Positions 41,531 through 51,264 of a stretch of DNA of 64,000 nt are shown here, in pieces (the first letter of the stretch is position 1; every line of letters begins with the position of its first letter). The stretch is from a virus. Its lineage: Duplodnaviria > Caudoviricetes. The stretch lies in IMG/VR virus record IMGVR_UViG_3300032116_000002; one strand, 5' to 3'. The notes below the pieces were generated by a model, which had not been told where the DNA came from, ran no database searches, and saw only the letters and a list, made by a program, of their open reading frames with translations. The position numbers and the translations under genes were made by a program.

Positions 41531-41754
41531 AGTTTAGTTTTAATACTTTGAATAACTTCCTCTGCCTCATCGGTAGTTTCAACTTGATCGATTATTGCAA
41601 GCTTCATCATTTCAATGAGGCTATAACAATCACGTTGGTCTTGTTTAGGCAGTGTAGATATAAAACTTTCAACACCTTCCATTGTTTCAATAGCCCACAT
41701 GATATCACATAATGCAGCTTGCTTTTCTGTTAAGCCTTCTAGTTCGAATAACAT
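41527..41754 (-). CDS. hypothetical protein
   Basis: GGAGG RBS. Confidence 0.65.
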   Translation of the reverse strand: MLFELEGLTEKQAALCDIMWAIETMEGVESFISTLPKQDQRDCYSLIEMMKLAIIDQVETTDEAEEVIQSIKTKL

Positions 41755-41886
41755 TTAGCCTCCGTATATCAGTAATGCTACTATAAAACCGGCTACAAAA
41801 GCAAGCATTAAGTTGACCATTTTGTCGCCAGTTTCAGGACTTGGTGTAGGAATAGCATCGATAAAATTTTCTAAAAATCTTTTCAT
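41755..41886 (-). CDS. small membrane protein
   Basis: C-terminal TM. Confidence 0.5.
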   Translation of the reverse strand: MKRFLENFIDAIPTPSPETGDKMVNLMLAFVAGFIVALLIYGG

Positions 41887-41887
41887 A

Positions 41888-42079
41888 TTAAAGCCCCCAA
41901 TAGCAATTACACAAAAAATCTGCGGTTTCGTTATCATACAAATAACTTAAAGTTTTCCATACAGAATCTTCAACATTATTGTATTCGCGGAAACCCGTGT
42001 AAAGATTTTTAAAATACATTTCATCCCCACGGGCTTCGGTATATCTTTCGGCTCGTTTTAAGAATTCTAGTGTGTACAT
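41888..42079 (-). CDS. hypothetical protein
   Basis: GAGGA RBS. Confidence 0.6.
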   Translation of the reverse strand: MYTLEFLKRAERYTEARGDEMYFKNLYTGFREYNNVEDSVWKTLSYLYDNETADFLCNCYWGL

Positions 42080-42233
42080 TTTTATTCCTCTTATACCATC
42101 TGTAAGGGGTTACGGCGACGCAAGTGTGCGAGTGCCTGCTCTTTGCTATCAAACCTTCCTGAGATCGGGGTTTGATGACGACCACGCACAATGTACCATC
42201 CGTTCAGTAATTTATTGAATACGATTTTCATAA

Positions 42234-42506
42234 TTACATACTCCAGTAAGTTTCGCTGGACGGGCTGCAATAGTAAGGAGTGTCGTAACGCTCCTGAAAC
42301 TCTTTACCATTCATCATGTTTTTGCGGGTGATATAAGTTTCAAAAACTTCAACAATAAAACCCAACTTACGCTTGCCTTCAGCAACCGCTTGGATGTAAT
42401 CTTTGGTGCTAGGAGCAAAATCTTGTTTTGCATACAAGCGGCGACCTTCTTTGGTACGCTTGTCAGACTTGTAAATCTCAAGAGTGTATTCGGTAAGCTT
42501 CGACAT
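42234..42506 (-). CDS. hypothetical protein
   Basis: AAGGAG RBS; behind early promoter. Confidence 0.7.
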   Translation of the reverse strand: MSKLTEYTLEIYKSDKRTKEGRRLYAKQDFAPSTKDYIQAVAEGKRKLGFIVEVFETYITRKNMMNGKEFQERYDTPYYCSPSSETYWSM

Positions 42507-42536
42507 TTACTTCTCCTTATCAGTGACTATAACGAT

Positions 42537-42565
42537 AGTATATCGCCAGTTGGATTTATTGTCAA
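42537..42565 (-). promoter_or_regulatory. early promoter
   Basis: TTGACAATAAATC, 17-bp spacer, TATACT. Confidence 0.85.
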
Positions 42566-42753
42566 GTTTCGGGTGAATATTTTTTGTGTTTTTGTTGTCT
42601 TTTATACAACATTTTGCTTTTGACAACTTTGGGTTTGAATGGGAGGTCGTTATCAAAAAGAACACGGTGTGCCCTAGTTTTGATGGGTGTTACAAAAGTG
42701 ACAACTTCTCGTTTCATGATAGTAAAATAATAACATCTATTTATGATACCATC

Positions 42754-42782
42754 ATTATAATACTAATTGGATTTATTGTCAA
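42754..42782 (-). promoter_or_regulatory. early promoter
   Basis: TTGACAATAAATC, 17-bp spacer, TATAAT. Confidence 0.85.
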
Positions 42783-43078
42783 CCAATTGCAAACTGTACT
42801 TGTTTTACACTTTTGACAACAAAACTTCTCCAGCCCATTGCTTCAACATCATACACGGCTATTGAGTTTTCGGGAGTTGCTTTGGGCTTTCTGTTCTCGT
42901 TAACTACAGTAGGAGGGAGTAGCATTGGATCAAGTGTGCATTTCATCACCCGTTCAGTGCCATCTTTTTTCATAAAGGTGACAGTAACGGTTGTTTCTTT
43001 TAGCACACCTGATATCCAAGTTTTGAAGGTACTCCACTCAACGTCTGTCCATGAACTTGCTGGCGTAACATTATTCAT
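42779..43078 (-). CDS. WYL-like/SH3-fold protein
   Basis: VTFMKKDGTERVMKCTL..VYDVEAMGWRSF. Confidence 0.7.
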   Translation of the reverse strand: MNNVTPASSWTDVEWSTFKTWISGVLKETTVTVTFMKKDGTERVMKCTLDPMLLPPTVVNENRKPKATPENSIAVYDVEAMGWRSFVVKSVKQVQFAIG

Positions 43079-43386
43079 TGCTCAACTCCAATTTCTTCAC
43101 AGGCTTCGTTGACTTTAAACATATCGTCAAAGAATCTATATCCATCTTCTAACAGTCTGCGAGTATAAAATTTATTAAAGAAAAATGCCAGCATTATTTG
43201 TACAGGCAACCAAGTTAATGTAACTACTCCAAATATCCATATGGCAAAGTGTACCAATGCCATTGAATAGTGGCCTCTGAGCAGAGGTACCCAGAAGCCA
43301 AAAAATAAATAGGTCCAACTGAACCCATAATAACCACGCTTTACAATACCCGTAGTAGGGTGACGCATTCTAATTGATTTTGCCAT
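43075..43386 (-). CDS. DUF2628/HrgC-like membrane protein
   Basis: GFSWTYLFFGFWVPLLRG..LLEDGYRF. Confidence 0.65.
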   Translation of the reverse strand: MAKSIRMRHPTTGIVKRGYYGFSWTYLFFGFWVPLLRGHYSMALVHFAIWIFGVVTLTWLPVQIMLAFFFNKFYTRRLLEDGYRFFDDMFKVNEACEEIGVEQ

Positions 43387-43823
43387 TATTCTTTCATAGG
43401 TGTAAAAAATGCGGTCTTAATTTTTTCAGGTGTCCATGACTTTAAGTAGTCATTGTCACTATAACAAAGTTTGACTGCTTCTTCCTCTGAAATAACACGA
43501 TGACTAGATATTGTCTCGCCCAAATGTAGTTGACTGAATTCTTTTGCTTCTTCCATAGTTACAGTATCAAGTGCCCATTCTGCTTTACCAATTGGTACTT
43601 CTATACAGTATCTATGCCTGAACATTTGAACAGTTTCAACCAAGACCCACTCTGTATTTACACTTTTTTCAATTTTTGAGAGGATTACGGTTCCGTCTTC
43701 TTCAATGTCCCATTTAAGTTCATCACCCTCTTTCCAGTTAAGGTCTTGGATCATTTGATCAGGGAGCTGAACAACGGCGTCACCATCTTCGTTTGTAAAT
43801 ACTTCAAGTTGTCCGAATTTCAT
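43386..43823 (-). CDS. protein with N-terminal AbrB-like domain
   Basis: VVQLPDQMIQDLNWKEGDELKW. Confidence 0.65.
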   Translation of the reverse strand: MKFGQLEVFTNEDGDAVVQLPDQMIQDLNWKEGDELKWDIEEDGTVILSKIEKSVNTEWVLVETVQMFRHRYCIEVPIGKAEWALDTVTMEEAKEFSQLHLGETISSHRVISEEEAVKLCYSDNDYLKSWTPEKIKTAFFTPMKE

Positions 43824-43952
43824 TTTATATATTCCTCTGCGTATCTTAAGGCTAATTCATAGTTCTCAAAATTACTCACAAAACTATGACCCATATCATT
43901 AGTGACAACGACAAAGAATTTCTTGTCATTTTCTTTGAACAAAATACTACGC

Positions 43953-44222
43953 TTATTGCTCGTCTGGAATATCTGTAGTGGTTTCATAATCGTATAAACT
44001 TTGCTTCCAATCAGCTCCTACATAATATTCAAGTAATATTTCCATTGCTTTTTTATAGCGTTTGTTTGCCTTTAAATCTTCTTTTTGATAGGGCTTCAAA
44101 TTTTCTTTACTATCTTTTAAATTTCTAATATCACTCTTTAGATTTTTGTAATCCTGAATCATAACACTACGAAAAATGCTATCTACTGCATCACTGGTAA
44201 GTTCAACCTTCAACATTGTCAT
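43953..44222 (-). CDS. hypothetical protein
   Basis: Coupled ORF. Confidence 0.6.
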   Translation of the reverse strand: MTMLKVELTSDAVDSIFRSVMIQDYKNLKSDIRNLKDSKENLKPYQKEDLKANKRYKKAMEILLEYYVGADWKQSLYDYETTTDIPDEQ

Positions 44223-44751
44223 CTCCTTCTAGTTGGATTTCATTAAGTTCTTGTTTAATTTTGGCATAGCGTTCTTCACGTTCTTTTTCTTCTTTAATTC
44301 CATGCTCAGTCAATTCTACATCACTTTCGCAATAAGGACAAATCTTTCGGGGGTCATCAATCTCATTGCCCTCTTTATCTTCCCAAGACCATTGTGCATC
44401 ATAGCTTTGTCCATTCCATTTACACTTAGTACATTTATGTGTAGGTTCTGGTGGGGGAGGTTCGTGATGCCAGCTATCCTCATCTCCGTACTCGTATGTA
44501 ATTTCATATCCGCCTTTGCGGTCTGTCCACCAATCATCATATTGGCGTTCCCACTCTAACTCTACATCATTATTCCAGGCGTCTTGTATAATTGATTCTA
44601 TATCGGCTTCACCTGATTCTACTTCTTGCCAAAGTTTTTCTAGTTCATCTTCATCATAATCTGGATAAATTTCTTCTAGTGTATCCTTTGTAAATTCAAT
44701 TGCAAATTGACTATCAACTTGATGCCATTCATGTTTAACTAGAGTTACCAT
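44203..44751 (-). CDS. acidic protein with CxxC..CxxC zinc ribbon
   Basis: CTKC and CPYC pairs. Confidence 0.7.
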   Translation of the reverse strand: MVTLVKHEWHQVDSQFAIEFTKDTLEEIYPDYDEDELEKLWQEVESGEADIESIIQDAWNNDVELEWERQYDDWWTDRKGGYEITYEYGDEDSWHHEPPPPEPTHKCTKCKWNGQSYDAQWSWEDKEGNEIDDPRKICPYCESDVELTEHGIKEEKEREERYAKIKQELNEIQLEGDDNVEG

Positions 44752-44760
44752 ATTTTTCCT

Positions 44761-45072
44761 TTAGGCTGTGAACCATTCATCTTGGTCTTGTGTTATAAGT
44801 GTTTCTGCTCCATCATACTCATCAATACGAAACTTTGTACCTTCGGGTACCCAGTATATGCCCAATCCTTCAACGCCACCGAAATAATGATCGTCACCAT
44901 AAAACTTTTCGCAATGTGCTAAAATTCTATCATGTGGCCAGTCAAGTTCAATCATTTTGACAACATCAGGATCAAACAACAATTCGGGAATGTGATGCCA
45001 TGAATACCATCCAGCACCAAACCCTGCTGATACTAATACAGCAACTTTTCCATCTCTTATTAACTTGTTCAT
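44761..45072 (-). CDS. conserved phage hypothetical protein
   Basis: VSAGFGAGWYSW..FRIDEYDGAE. Confidence 0.7.
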   Translation of the reverse strand: MNKLIRDGKVAVLVSAGFGAGWYSWHHIPELLFDPDVVKMIELDWPHDRILAHCEKFYGDDHYFGGVEGLGIYWVPEGTKFRIDEYDGAETLITQDQDEWFTA

Positions 45073-45073
45073 T

Positions 45074-45280
45074 TTATTGTTTTTTCAACCTCGCACACTT
45101 AGCCTTGACTTCAATAGGTGTGTTATCTAATTTTTCTGCTAATTCACAATCATAGGTTACGCTATATTTTTCAATATCGTTTAATCTTAACCAACTATAA
45201 ACACCGAAACCGAAAAATAGTAGCCATGAAACTACCAAGGCACAAGTGGTAAGGAACAACTGCATTTGTAATCTACGCAT
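45074..45280 (-). CDS. small membrane protein
   Basis: TM plus VTYDCELA..KAKC. Confidence 0.55.
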   Translation of the reverse strand: MRRLQMQLFLTTCALVVSWLLFFGFGVYSWLRLNDIEKYSVTYDCELAEKLDNTPIEVKAKCARLKKQ

Positions 45281-45300
45281 AATGCTATTGTACTATAATT

Positions 45301-45615
45301 TTATTTAAAAGTATTGAGTTTTGGGCAATATTGTTTGAGTAATTCTAGTTCACGCTGGTGCGCTTCTGCTTTACCGCGCACAATTTCAACAACACCATAA
45401 TTGAATGCACTAGTACCATGCTTGCGAATACTATTATACAATGCCCAATCTTTGTTTTCAGCAAATGCTCGTTGGACATGCTTGCGTATGCGTACATGTA
45501 GTGATTTTTTGACCGTACTATTCTTATTTGTAATACCAATGTACTGCTCGTTTGTTGCAGTATTAGTAATTACATAAATGATATGATTACGATCTGATCT
45601 GCGTTTTCTAGTCAT
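45301..45615 (-). CDS. GIY-YIG family protein
   Basis: IIYVITN..QYIGIT motif, conserved Arg and Glu. Confidence 0.75.
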   Translation of the reverse strand: MTRKRRSDRNHIIYVITNTATNEQYIGITNKNSTVKKSLHVRIRKHVQRAFAENKDWALYNSIRKHGTSAFNYGVVEIVRGKAEAHQRELELLKQYCPKLNTFK

Positions 45616-45621
45616 GCCAAC

Positions 45622-45650
45622 ATTATAGCACTAACCGGATTTATTGTCAA
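45622..45650 (-). promoter_or_regulatory. early promoter
   Basis: TTGACAATAAATC, 17-bp spacer, TATAAT. Confidence 0.85.
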
Positions 45651-46101
45651 GTTTGGCTAAATGTTTCTTATTTGCTAACTCTAGGGCTTCTGTTAACAAT
45701 TTGTTAACACGGTTATCTACATCTATTTCCCACGGGCAATTTTTGTACTCGTCATAATCAATCTGATCTGGAGGCTTATTGTAGTATGGTATTCCACGCC
45801 AATAATATACACCTTGCTTAATTTCTAGTAGCTTGGTGTGTCTTTGGTTAACATGTATCAATTCATGTACTAGGATAGTAGGAATTTCATTTGCCTGAAG
45901 TGTACTGTTTATGCCAATTCTATAATAAATGTTTTTGTCAACACCACCGTAAACTTCATTTGGTAAATCGTATAAACAAATTTCTAGTGAATTGGGTAAT
46001 TCGATGAGGGTAGAAACTGCATCAACAATACTTGTGATAACAGTTTCTATGAGATGGGTTTTGTGAGTATTTCTGTAATAGAACTTTACTTGTGTTGCCA
46101 C
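45631..46101 (-). CDS. zincin-like metallopeptidase
   Basis: HELIHVNQ (HExxH) and PWEID. Confidence 0.7.
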   Translation of the reverse strand: MATQVKFYYRNTHKTHLIETVITSIVDAVSTLIELPNSLEICLYDLPNEVYGGVDKNIYYRIGINSTLQANEIPTILVHELIHVNQRHTKLLEIKQGVYYWRGIPYYNKPPDQIDYDEYKNCPWEIDVDNRVNKLLTEALELANKKHLAKLDNKSG

Positions 46102-46391
46102 TAGTGCAAGGTCCTGTTGTTTACAAAATCAACATATTGTTCTACTTGCTCTACTAGGTCTTCCTTACTATAACCTAATTGTGCAAGTAGTGGGAGAACT
46201 TCTATAAACAACCCAAATGTGGCAGTTCCGTATATGTAGTTTTCATCTTCATTGCCATAATCAAAATCTTGTATTAATGGCATGATAGTATTTTCTATAA
46301 ACTCACTAGCTTTTTTACCGCTTTCTTCATACTGCCAATCTTCATATGCTTCTTCTTCTATTTCTTGTATTACATCATTGGCTTTTGTCAT
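46101..46391 (-). CDS. acidic hypothetical protein
   Basis: Coupled ORF. Confidence 0.6.
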   Translation of the reverse strand: MTKANDVIQEIEEEAYEDWQYEESGKKASEFIENTIMPLIQDFDYGNEDENYIYGTATFGLFIEVLPLLAQLGYSKEDLVEQVEQYVDFVNNRTLH

Positions 46392-46427
46392 GTTAGTCTT
46401 TCATAAGAATTACTACTATATATCTAT

Positions 46428-47318
46428 TTAGACTGAACCGTAATTATGTATGGTTTTCATTGATTTTTCTATAAGATAGCTTCTTTCCTTACTGGACCTT
46501 GCACCAAGTATGACCACATTGAAAAGTTTATTTTCTGAGTTTACTAGCATTGTTATACAAAATCCAGCAGCGTTTGTAAAGCCTGTTTTGATAGTCACTA
46601 TGCCCTCTTTACCGAACATAGTACTTGTAGGTCTAGCACGAATTTTATAAGTTTTCTTGCCCTTCGTTGCAGTTACGGTTACGTTTTCCATACTTGCTGC
46701 TTCACGAAAGATTGTATAATAACTCGCTGCTTTAGTGAGTTGAGTTATGTCTGTCAGTGTACTTCTATTATTGGCGTCAAGCCCAGTTGGTTCATAAAAA
46801 ACTGTATTGTGCATGCCGAGTTCTCTAGCATTCTTATTCATCTCATATATGAATGCGTCGAACCCGCCTGGATAATTTTGTGCCAATGTCATTGCTGCCA
46901 AATTATCACTATGTACTAAACTTAGTTTAACTAAATCTATTCTGGTAAGTTGCATACCTTTAGATAATCTAGTATGATTACCTAAACTACTTTGCACTGT
47001 GATAACTTCATTTAGATTTTGATTATTTTTAACTACAGTGTATACCGTCATTAATTTACTAATGCTGGCAATACTTGATCTGGCATAATTATCTTGGTTA
47101 CCTTGTACAATAGAATTATCAGTTAGGTTAACTAATAATACATTTGCGGTAGTGTTGATGTACTTTGGCTGTTGCAATTTTGGTTTGCGTTTTGCCTTTT
47201 TGTACACAGATTTATGCACATATTGCTTTTTCTTTACTGGCTTGCGAACTTCTTTCGCATCGATAGCCGTACTAAAAGCCAATAATAGTGTTGTTAATAT
47301 TAAAAAAATCTTCTTCAT
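46428..47318 (-). CDS. D-Ala-D-Ala endo/carboxypeptidase (PBP7/PbpG-like, S11)
   Basis: Signal peptide; SISK (SxxK), SDN, KTG motifs. Confidence 0.9.
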   Translation of the reverse strand: MKKIFLILTTLLLAFSTAIDAKEVRKPVKKKQYVHKSVYKKAKRKPKLQQPKYINTTANVLLVNLTDNSIVQGNQDNYARSSIASISKLMTVYTVVKNNQNLNEVITVQSSLGNHTRLSKGMQLTRIDLVKLSLVHSDNLAAMTLAQNYPGGFDAFIYEMNKNARELGMHNTVFYEPTGLDANNRSTLTDITQLTKAASYYTIFREAASMENVTVTATKGKKTYKIRARPTSTMFGKEGIVTIKTGFTNAAGFCITMLVNSENKLFNVVILGARSSKERSYLIEKSMKTIHNYGSV

Positions 47319-47407
47319 AGAGTATTTGTCACTATCAAACCCTTATTATAAACGCATTTTTTACGCATGTCAAACATAAAGGTTTGGTAAAAATATAAAT
47401 GTTCCGT

Positions 47408-47476
47408 TGTAATTGTTTAGTGTGTAGGGTTACTGTATTATTACATTCAGTTGCGCAGAAGAAACAAACAATTACA
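47408..47476. promoter_or_regulatory. inverted repeat in divergent intergenic region
   Basis: TGTAATTGTTT 47408-18 / AAACAATTACA 47466-76; ACAGTAATACTGT near-palindrome at about 47528. Confidence 0.4.
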
Positions 47477-47571
47477 AACGAAAAAAGGTGTTCTGAAGTA
47501 CTATATGTACTATAGCTGATGAACCATACAGTAATACTGTCTTAAGTACTATTATAATATAAGGATTCACC

Positions 47572-48279
47572 GTGATTAACTTTACAAAGCCCGTTCATTT
47601 ATATTTTACCCGTGAAGAAGATTTAGAAGAACTATGCACAACAGAAGAACTCATACAGAAGATTGATTCTATGTCTCGACAAGTAATCATGTGTACCAGC
47701 TGGTCAGAATTACCTGATAAGCTAAAACTTAATCCACTGTCTATTTGTTTTAACTATAGAGAACTAGCACACAGTTCAGCAATGGAAATAGTAAACATGG
47801 TTAAAACAATGAGCAAATTAGTTAATTTGCCCTACGAAATAAAACTATCTGTTGATGTTGGAAAAGACACCCCCTACAACACAATTAAATTATTACAAAA
47901 AAGTGATATTTTAGGAATAATACCTCGTCCTTCTGACTTTGGTTGGGATGAGTGCTTGAAAGGTGCGAATGCTTTATGGTCAAACATCCCTTACTGGCCT
48001 AAACACATACTTGAAAAATTGCCAGGTAATAAGTTAAAAAATACAAATTTACAAGCGGTCTCAAATCATATTAAATTGACAGCTCGACAACAACAAATTT
48101 ATTCGTTAGTTTCAACAAGAGGCGCAAGCAATAAAGTTATTGCTAAAACCCTAAACATCAGTGAAAGCACAGTTAAGCTTCATGTAAGTGCAATACTCAA
48201 AAAATACGGTGTTCGTAATCGTACACAATTAGCAGTATTTGCAGGTAATCATGGACTAGTAAAAGCTAGACTTCAGTAG
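47572..48279 (+). CDS. LuxR-family HTH transcriptional regulator
   Basis: LTARQQQI..SNKVIAKTLNISESTVKLHVSAILKKYGVRNRTQL. Confidence 0.88.
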   Translation: MINFTKPVHLYFTREEDLEELCTTEELIQKIDSMSRQVIMCTSWSELPDKLKLNPLSICFNYRELAHSSAMEIVNMVKTMSKLVNLPYEIKLSVDVGKDTPYNTIKLLQKSDILGIIPRPSDFGWDECLKGANALWSNIPYWPKHILEKLPGNKLKNTNLQAVSNHIKLTARQQQIYSLVSTRGASNKVIAKTLNISESTVKLHVSAILKKYGVRNRTQLAVFAGNHGLVKARLQ

Positions 48280-48327
48280 TAAATCTATAGTACTGCCCAA
48301 AACAACATTCTATTCTTTAAATATTTT

Positions 48328-48356
48328 TACAGCGAGTGAAAGGTTCATTCGCTGTA
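48328..48356 (+). other. 5'-UTR hairpin
   Basis: TACAGCGAGTGAA-AGG-TTCATTCGCTGTA. Confidence 0.6.
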
Positions 48357-48390
48357 GTTTTTTCATTTTAATTAGAATAGGAATAATAAA

Positions 48391-48996
48391 ATGGCAATTG
48401 AAGATATGGTAAATGATGTTCGTTTTGAACAACAAGCTCAAGCCTCTGAAATTATCAAAGAGGGATTAAAAGAATCTTACAACACCCAAGGAGCAATTAA
48501 AGACTCTCGTTTTGATTTAAATGCTCGTATAGGTAGCTTAGGCGACCTGGTAGATAACCGCTTCTTTGATGTTGGTCGTGATACGCAAGATATTCGTGCG
48601 CAAATCATCTCAGCACAACAAGCAATGGTAACAGGGTTTTTAGGTTCTCAGAAAGATGCTGAAATCAATGCACTTAGAACACAAGTTGAACTATCTAAGC
48701 AAACAACTTATCTAAGCGATAAGATTGATGCTGGTAATGCAAAAACCCAAGACTTAATCAATGCATTAAGACAAGCCGACCAAGATCGTTATTTAATAGA
48801 GCGCAACACTGAATTAGTTGCTGCACTAGATGATAATCGTTTTTGGAGACATCGTTGGGACGATGGTCAATGGCAATCATTGAACACACGCCTACAGGCT
48901 TTTCAAAGTGATTTAGCTGATACTCGTCAGGGTATGGTTAACTTTGGTACAATGGCAGGTGTTGGTCAATCATCAACACAAAATCAGGTTCGCTAA
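48391..48996 (+). CDS. helical hypothetical protein (probably abundant)
   Basis: Flanked by 5' hairpin and terminator. Confidence 0.8.
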   Translation: MAIEDMVNDVRFEQQAQASEIIKEGLKESYNTQGAIKDSRFDLNARIGSLGDLVDNRFFDVGRDTQDIRAQIISAQQAMVTGFLGSQKDAEINALRTQVELSKQTTYLSDKIDAGNAKTQDLINALRQADQDRYLIERNTELVAALDDNRFWRHRWDDGQWQSLNTRLQAFQSDLADTRQGMVNFGTMAGVGQSSTQNQVR

Positions 48997-49006
48997 TTAT
49001 ACCTGT

Positions 49007-49030
49007 AAGGGCAGGCAACTGCCCTTCTTT
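49007..49030 (+). terminator. intrinsic terminator
   Basis: AAGGGCAG-GCAA-CTGCCCTT-CTTT. Confidence 0.75.
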
Positions 49031-49039
49031 GTACATACT

Positions 49040-49600
49040 ATGAATCCTCTAGACAGAAAACTAATAGAAATTTATAATTATCTTCATAGATTACAATCTG
49101 AAGATTATATGTACGCCATACAGGCATTACAATACGCTGAAAACTATAATACTAATGGGAGCGATATAATAAATGTCGAATCAAACATTCCCGGACCCCC
49201 AGGGCCACCAGGACCTCAAGGACCTCAAGGACCGAGTGGACCACCTGGAGAACAAGGCCCTAAAGGTGAACCAGGACCTCCAGGACCTATTGGCCCACCT
49301 GGAGAGTGTGCTTGCAAATGCAAGGCAATTTTGGTATCGCAAGACTATGTTGCTACATTGGATGATAATTATATTGGTGTTAATAGTACTGGACCGGTTA
49401 CTATCACACTTCCCGCAAATTGTACAGATTGCTGCCAAATTACTGTGAAAGCAGAAATGGGACCGCCACTAGGAAATCGTAAAATAACAATCAACACAAT
49501 CGATGAAGCCACTATAGACGGAGATGACGATTACGTAATGAGTATTCCATACGAATCTGTTCAATTAATCTGTAGGGGTGGAAACTGGCACATAATATAA
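49040..49600 (+). CDS. collagen-like protein with Cys-rich C-terminal domain
   Basis: About 12 Gly-X-Y triplets, CACKC; start moved to ATG 49040. Confidence 0.85.
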   Translation: MNPLDRKLIEIYNYLHRLQSEDYMYAIQALQYAENYNTNGSDIINVESNIPGPPGPPGPQGPQGPSGPPGEQGPKGEPGPPGPIGPPGECACKCKAILVSQDYVATLDDNYIGVNSTGPVTITLPANCTDCCQITVKAEMGPPLGNRKITINTIDEATIDGDDDYVMSIPYESVQLICRGGNWHII

Positions 49601-49611
49601 AGGAGCTAAAA

Positions 49612-49839
49612 ATGGATTATTATAGTTATTACAAATACACAAGACCACATGATTATGATTACTATGGATATCGTAGATACCCATATAGATATTACCCAAT
49701 ACATAGACCGTATCCATATTACTACGGAGGATATGGAGGCATCTATGGTAGTAACATATCAAGCATAAATCAAAGTTTAATAAATTCTGGTTCGATGAGC
49801 AATGTTTATCAAAATGCTTTAATAAATCAATTAAGATAA
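49612..49839 (+). CDS. Tyr-rich small protein
   Basis: MDYYSYYKY..RRYPYRYYP..PYYYGGYGG; AAGGAG RBS. Confidence 0.75.
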   Translation: MDYYSYYKYTRPHDYDYYGYRRYPYRYYPIHRPYPYYYGGYGGIYGSNISSINQSLINSGSMSNVYQNALINQLR

Positions 49840-49854
49840 AAAAGGATAACAAGA

Positions 49855-50592
49855 ATGTCATACCTTTCAAACCCAACAAGTAAAACAGAATATGGTGTAG
49901 TACAAGTAGGTGATTTCATTAATGTACTTGATGGTATCATTTCATTAGAGCAAGACTTAGGCCCTAATGCTAATGTTACATTCAACAACGCTAATGTAAC
50001 CAATCAATTAACTACACTAAACGCTAATGTAACAAACAATTTATATGCAGCAGGAAATTTAGTTTTAACTGCCGTAGACCCTAATGCAGGAGATGGCATC
50101 AACATTTCTAATGTAGGTACTAATGGCTACACTTCATTCTTTACCGTAACTAACACAGGTGTACTAAGCCTGGCAAACGGTGCAGGTATATCAACATCAA
50201 GCGGTAACGGTAATGTAACTATAACTAACACCGGTGTGTTAAGTTTAACAGCAGGTCCTGGTATTAGTTTAACAGGAGCTACTGGTAATATTACTATATC
50301 TGCGACTGGAGCAGACCTAATTAGTGTACTAGGTGTTACTGGTAACTACACTGCTACACTCAATGACGAATACATCGGGGTGTACAGTGCTGCAGCCGTT
50401 ACTATCACACTACCAACAGGAGTCAACGGTCGTGTGTACTACATCAAAGATGAATATGGACAAGGTAGCGGTAAGATAACTATTCAACCACAAGCTGGTG
50501 AAAAGGTTGATAATAAAACTAATTACGTTATCAGTGTGCCTAACCAAAGTGTCAATGTGGTGTTTCGTGCTGGATCTTGGTGGATAATTTAA
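49855..50592 (+). CDS. beta-repeat fibre-like protein
   Basis: TGVLSL.AG.GIS repeats; C-terminal DEYIGV..VTITLP domain similar to that of the 49040 protein. Confidence 0.75.
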   Translation: MSYLSNPTSKTEYGVVQVGDFINVLDGIISLEQDLGPNANVTFNNANVTNQLTTLNANVTNNLYAAGNLVLTAVDPNAGDGINISNVGTNGYTSFFTVTNTGVLSLANGAGISTSSGNGNVTITNTGVLSLTAGPGISLTGATGNITISATGADLISVLGVTGNYTATLNDEYIGVYSAAAVTITLPTGVNGRVYYIKDEYGQGSGKITIQPQAGEKVDNKTNYVISVPNQSVNVVFRAGSWWII

Positions 50593-50604
50593 TTGAGGTT
50601 ATAA

Positions 50605-51087
50605 ATGTCACTTTTAAGTAATTTAACTCCCATGACGAAAGAAAGACTAGAATTGTTAAGAATGGCAAAAGAAATGCTTTTCAATGAATACATTGACAGA
50701 AAAGCACAACTTCATAATACATGGTTAACAGAGGCAGATGTTGCTTGGAAAACAAGAAGGGTAAGAATTCCTTACCCCGCATTTCCTCCCTACCCTGACA
50801 ACGAAATAATTATTGCTAAAGCAATACAATTAGAAAGATTTTTGAGTAGTCAGGAAAAAGAAGAAACACCTGTCGAAAATAAACAACCAGAAGTTCAGGT
50901 GCAAGTGGAAACAGTTGAACCTAAAATAATAGAAACCAAAACAGTTGAAGAAGTAAAAGAAGAAAAGGTTTCTAGTATAGTACCAACTATATTAGAAGAA
51001 AATGCGTATTTCAAGAATGGAGAAGATTCTAAAGAAATATTAGCTGATAAACCAAGTTTGTTACCAAACTGGTTCGCAAGAAAATAA
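50605..51087 (+). CDS. hypothetical protein
   Basis: RLELLRMAKEML..YPAFPPYP..IIAKA; GAGG RBS. Confidence 0.7.
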   Translation: MSLLSNLTPMTKERLELLRMAKEMLFNEYIDRKAQLHNTWLTEADVAWKTRRVRIPYPAFPPYPDNEIIIAKAIQLERFLSSQEKEETPVENKQPEVQVQVETVEPKIIETKTVEEVKEEKVSSIVPTILEENAYFKNGEDSKEILADKPSLLPNWFARK

Positions 51088-51096
51088 GGAGATAAC

Positions 51097-51264
51097 ATGT
51101 ACAAAAAAATCACACATTATATTATAGAAGAACATTTTGACGGTGCTAACGCAATTGTAGACAAAATGTTTGCCGAAACAGGTAACAATGTCGCTAATAC
51201 GACAGTCACAACGACAACTACCACAACGGAAACACCGGAGGAAGGCCTAAAAAAAAGTTCATAG
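51097..51264 (+). CDS. 55-aa ORF, probable N-terminus of frameshifted protease
   Basis: AGGAG RBS; MYKKITHYIIEEHFD..; ends just past an A8 run. Confidence 0.65.
   Translation: MYKKITHYIIEEHFDGANAIVDKMFAETGNNVANTTVTTTTTTTETPEEGLKKSS

Noticed and set aside
48944-49039. Longer start for the collagen-like gene
   Set aside because: Extension overlaps the upstream gene and crosses a terminator; ATG 49040 preferred
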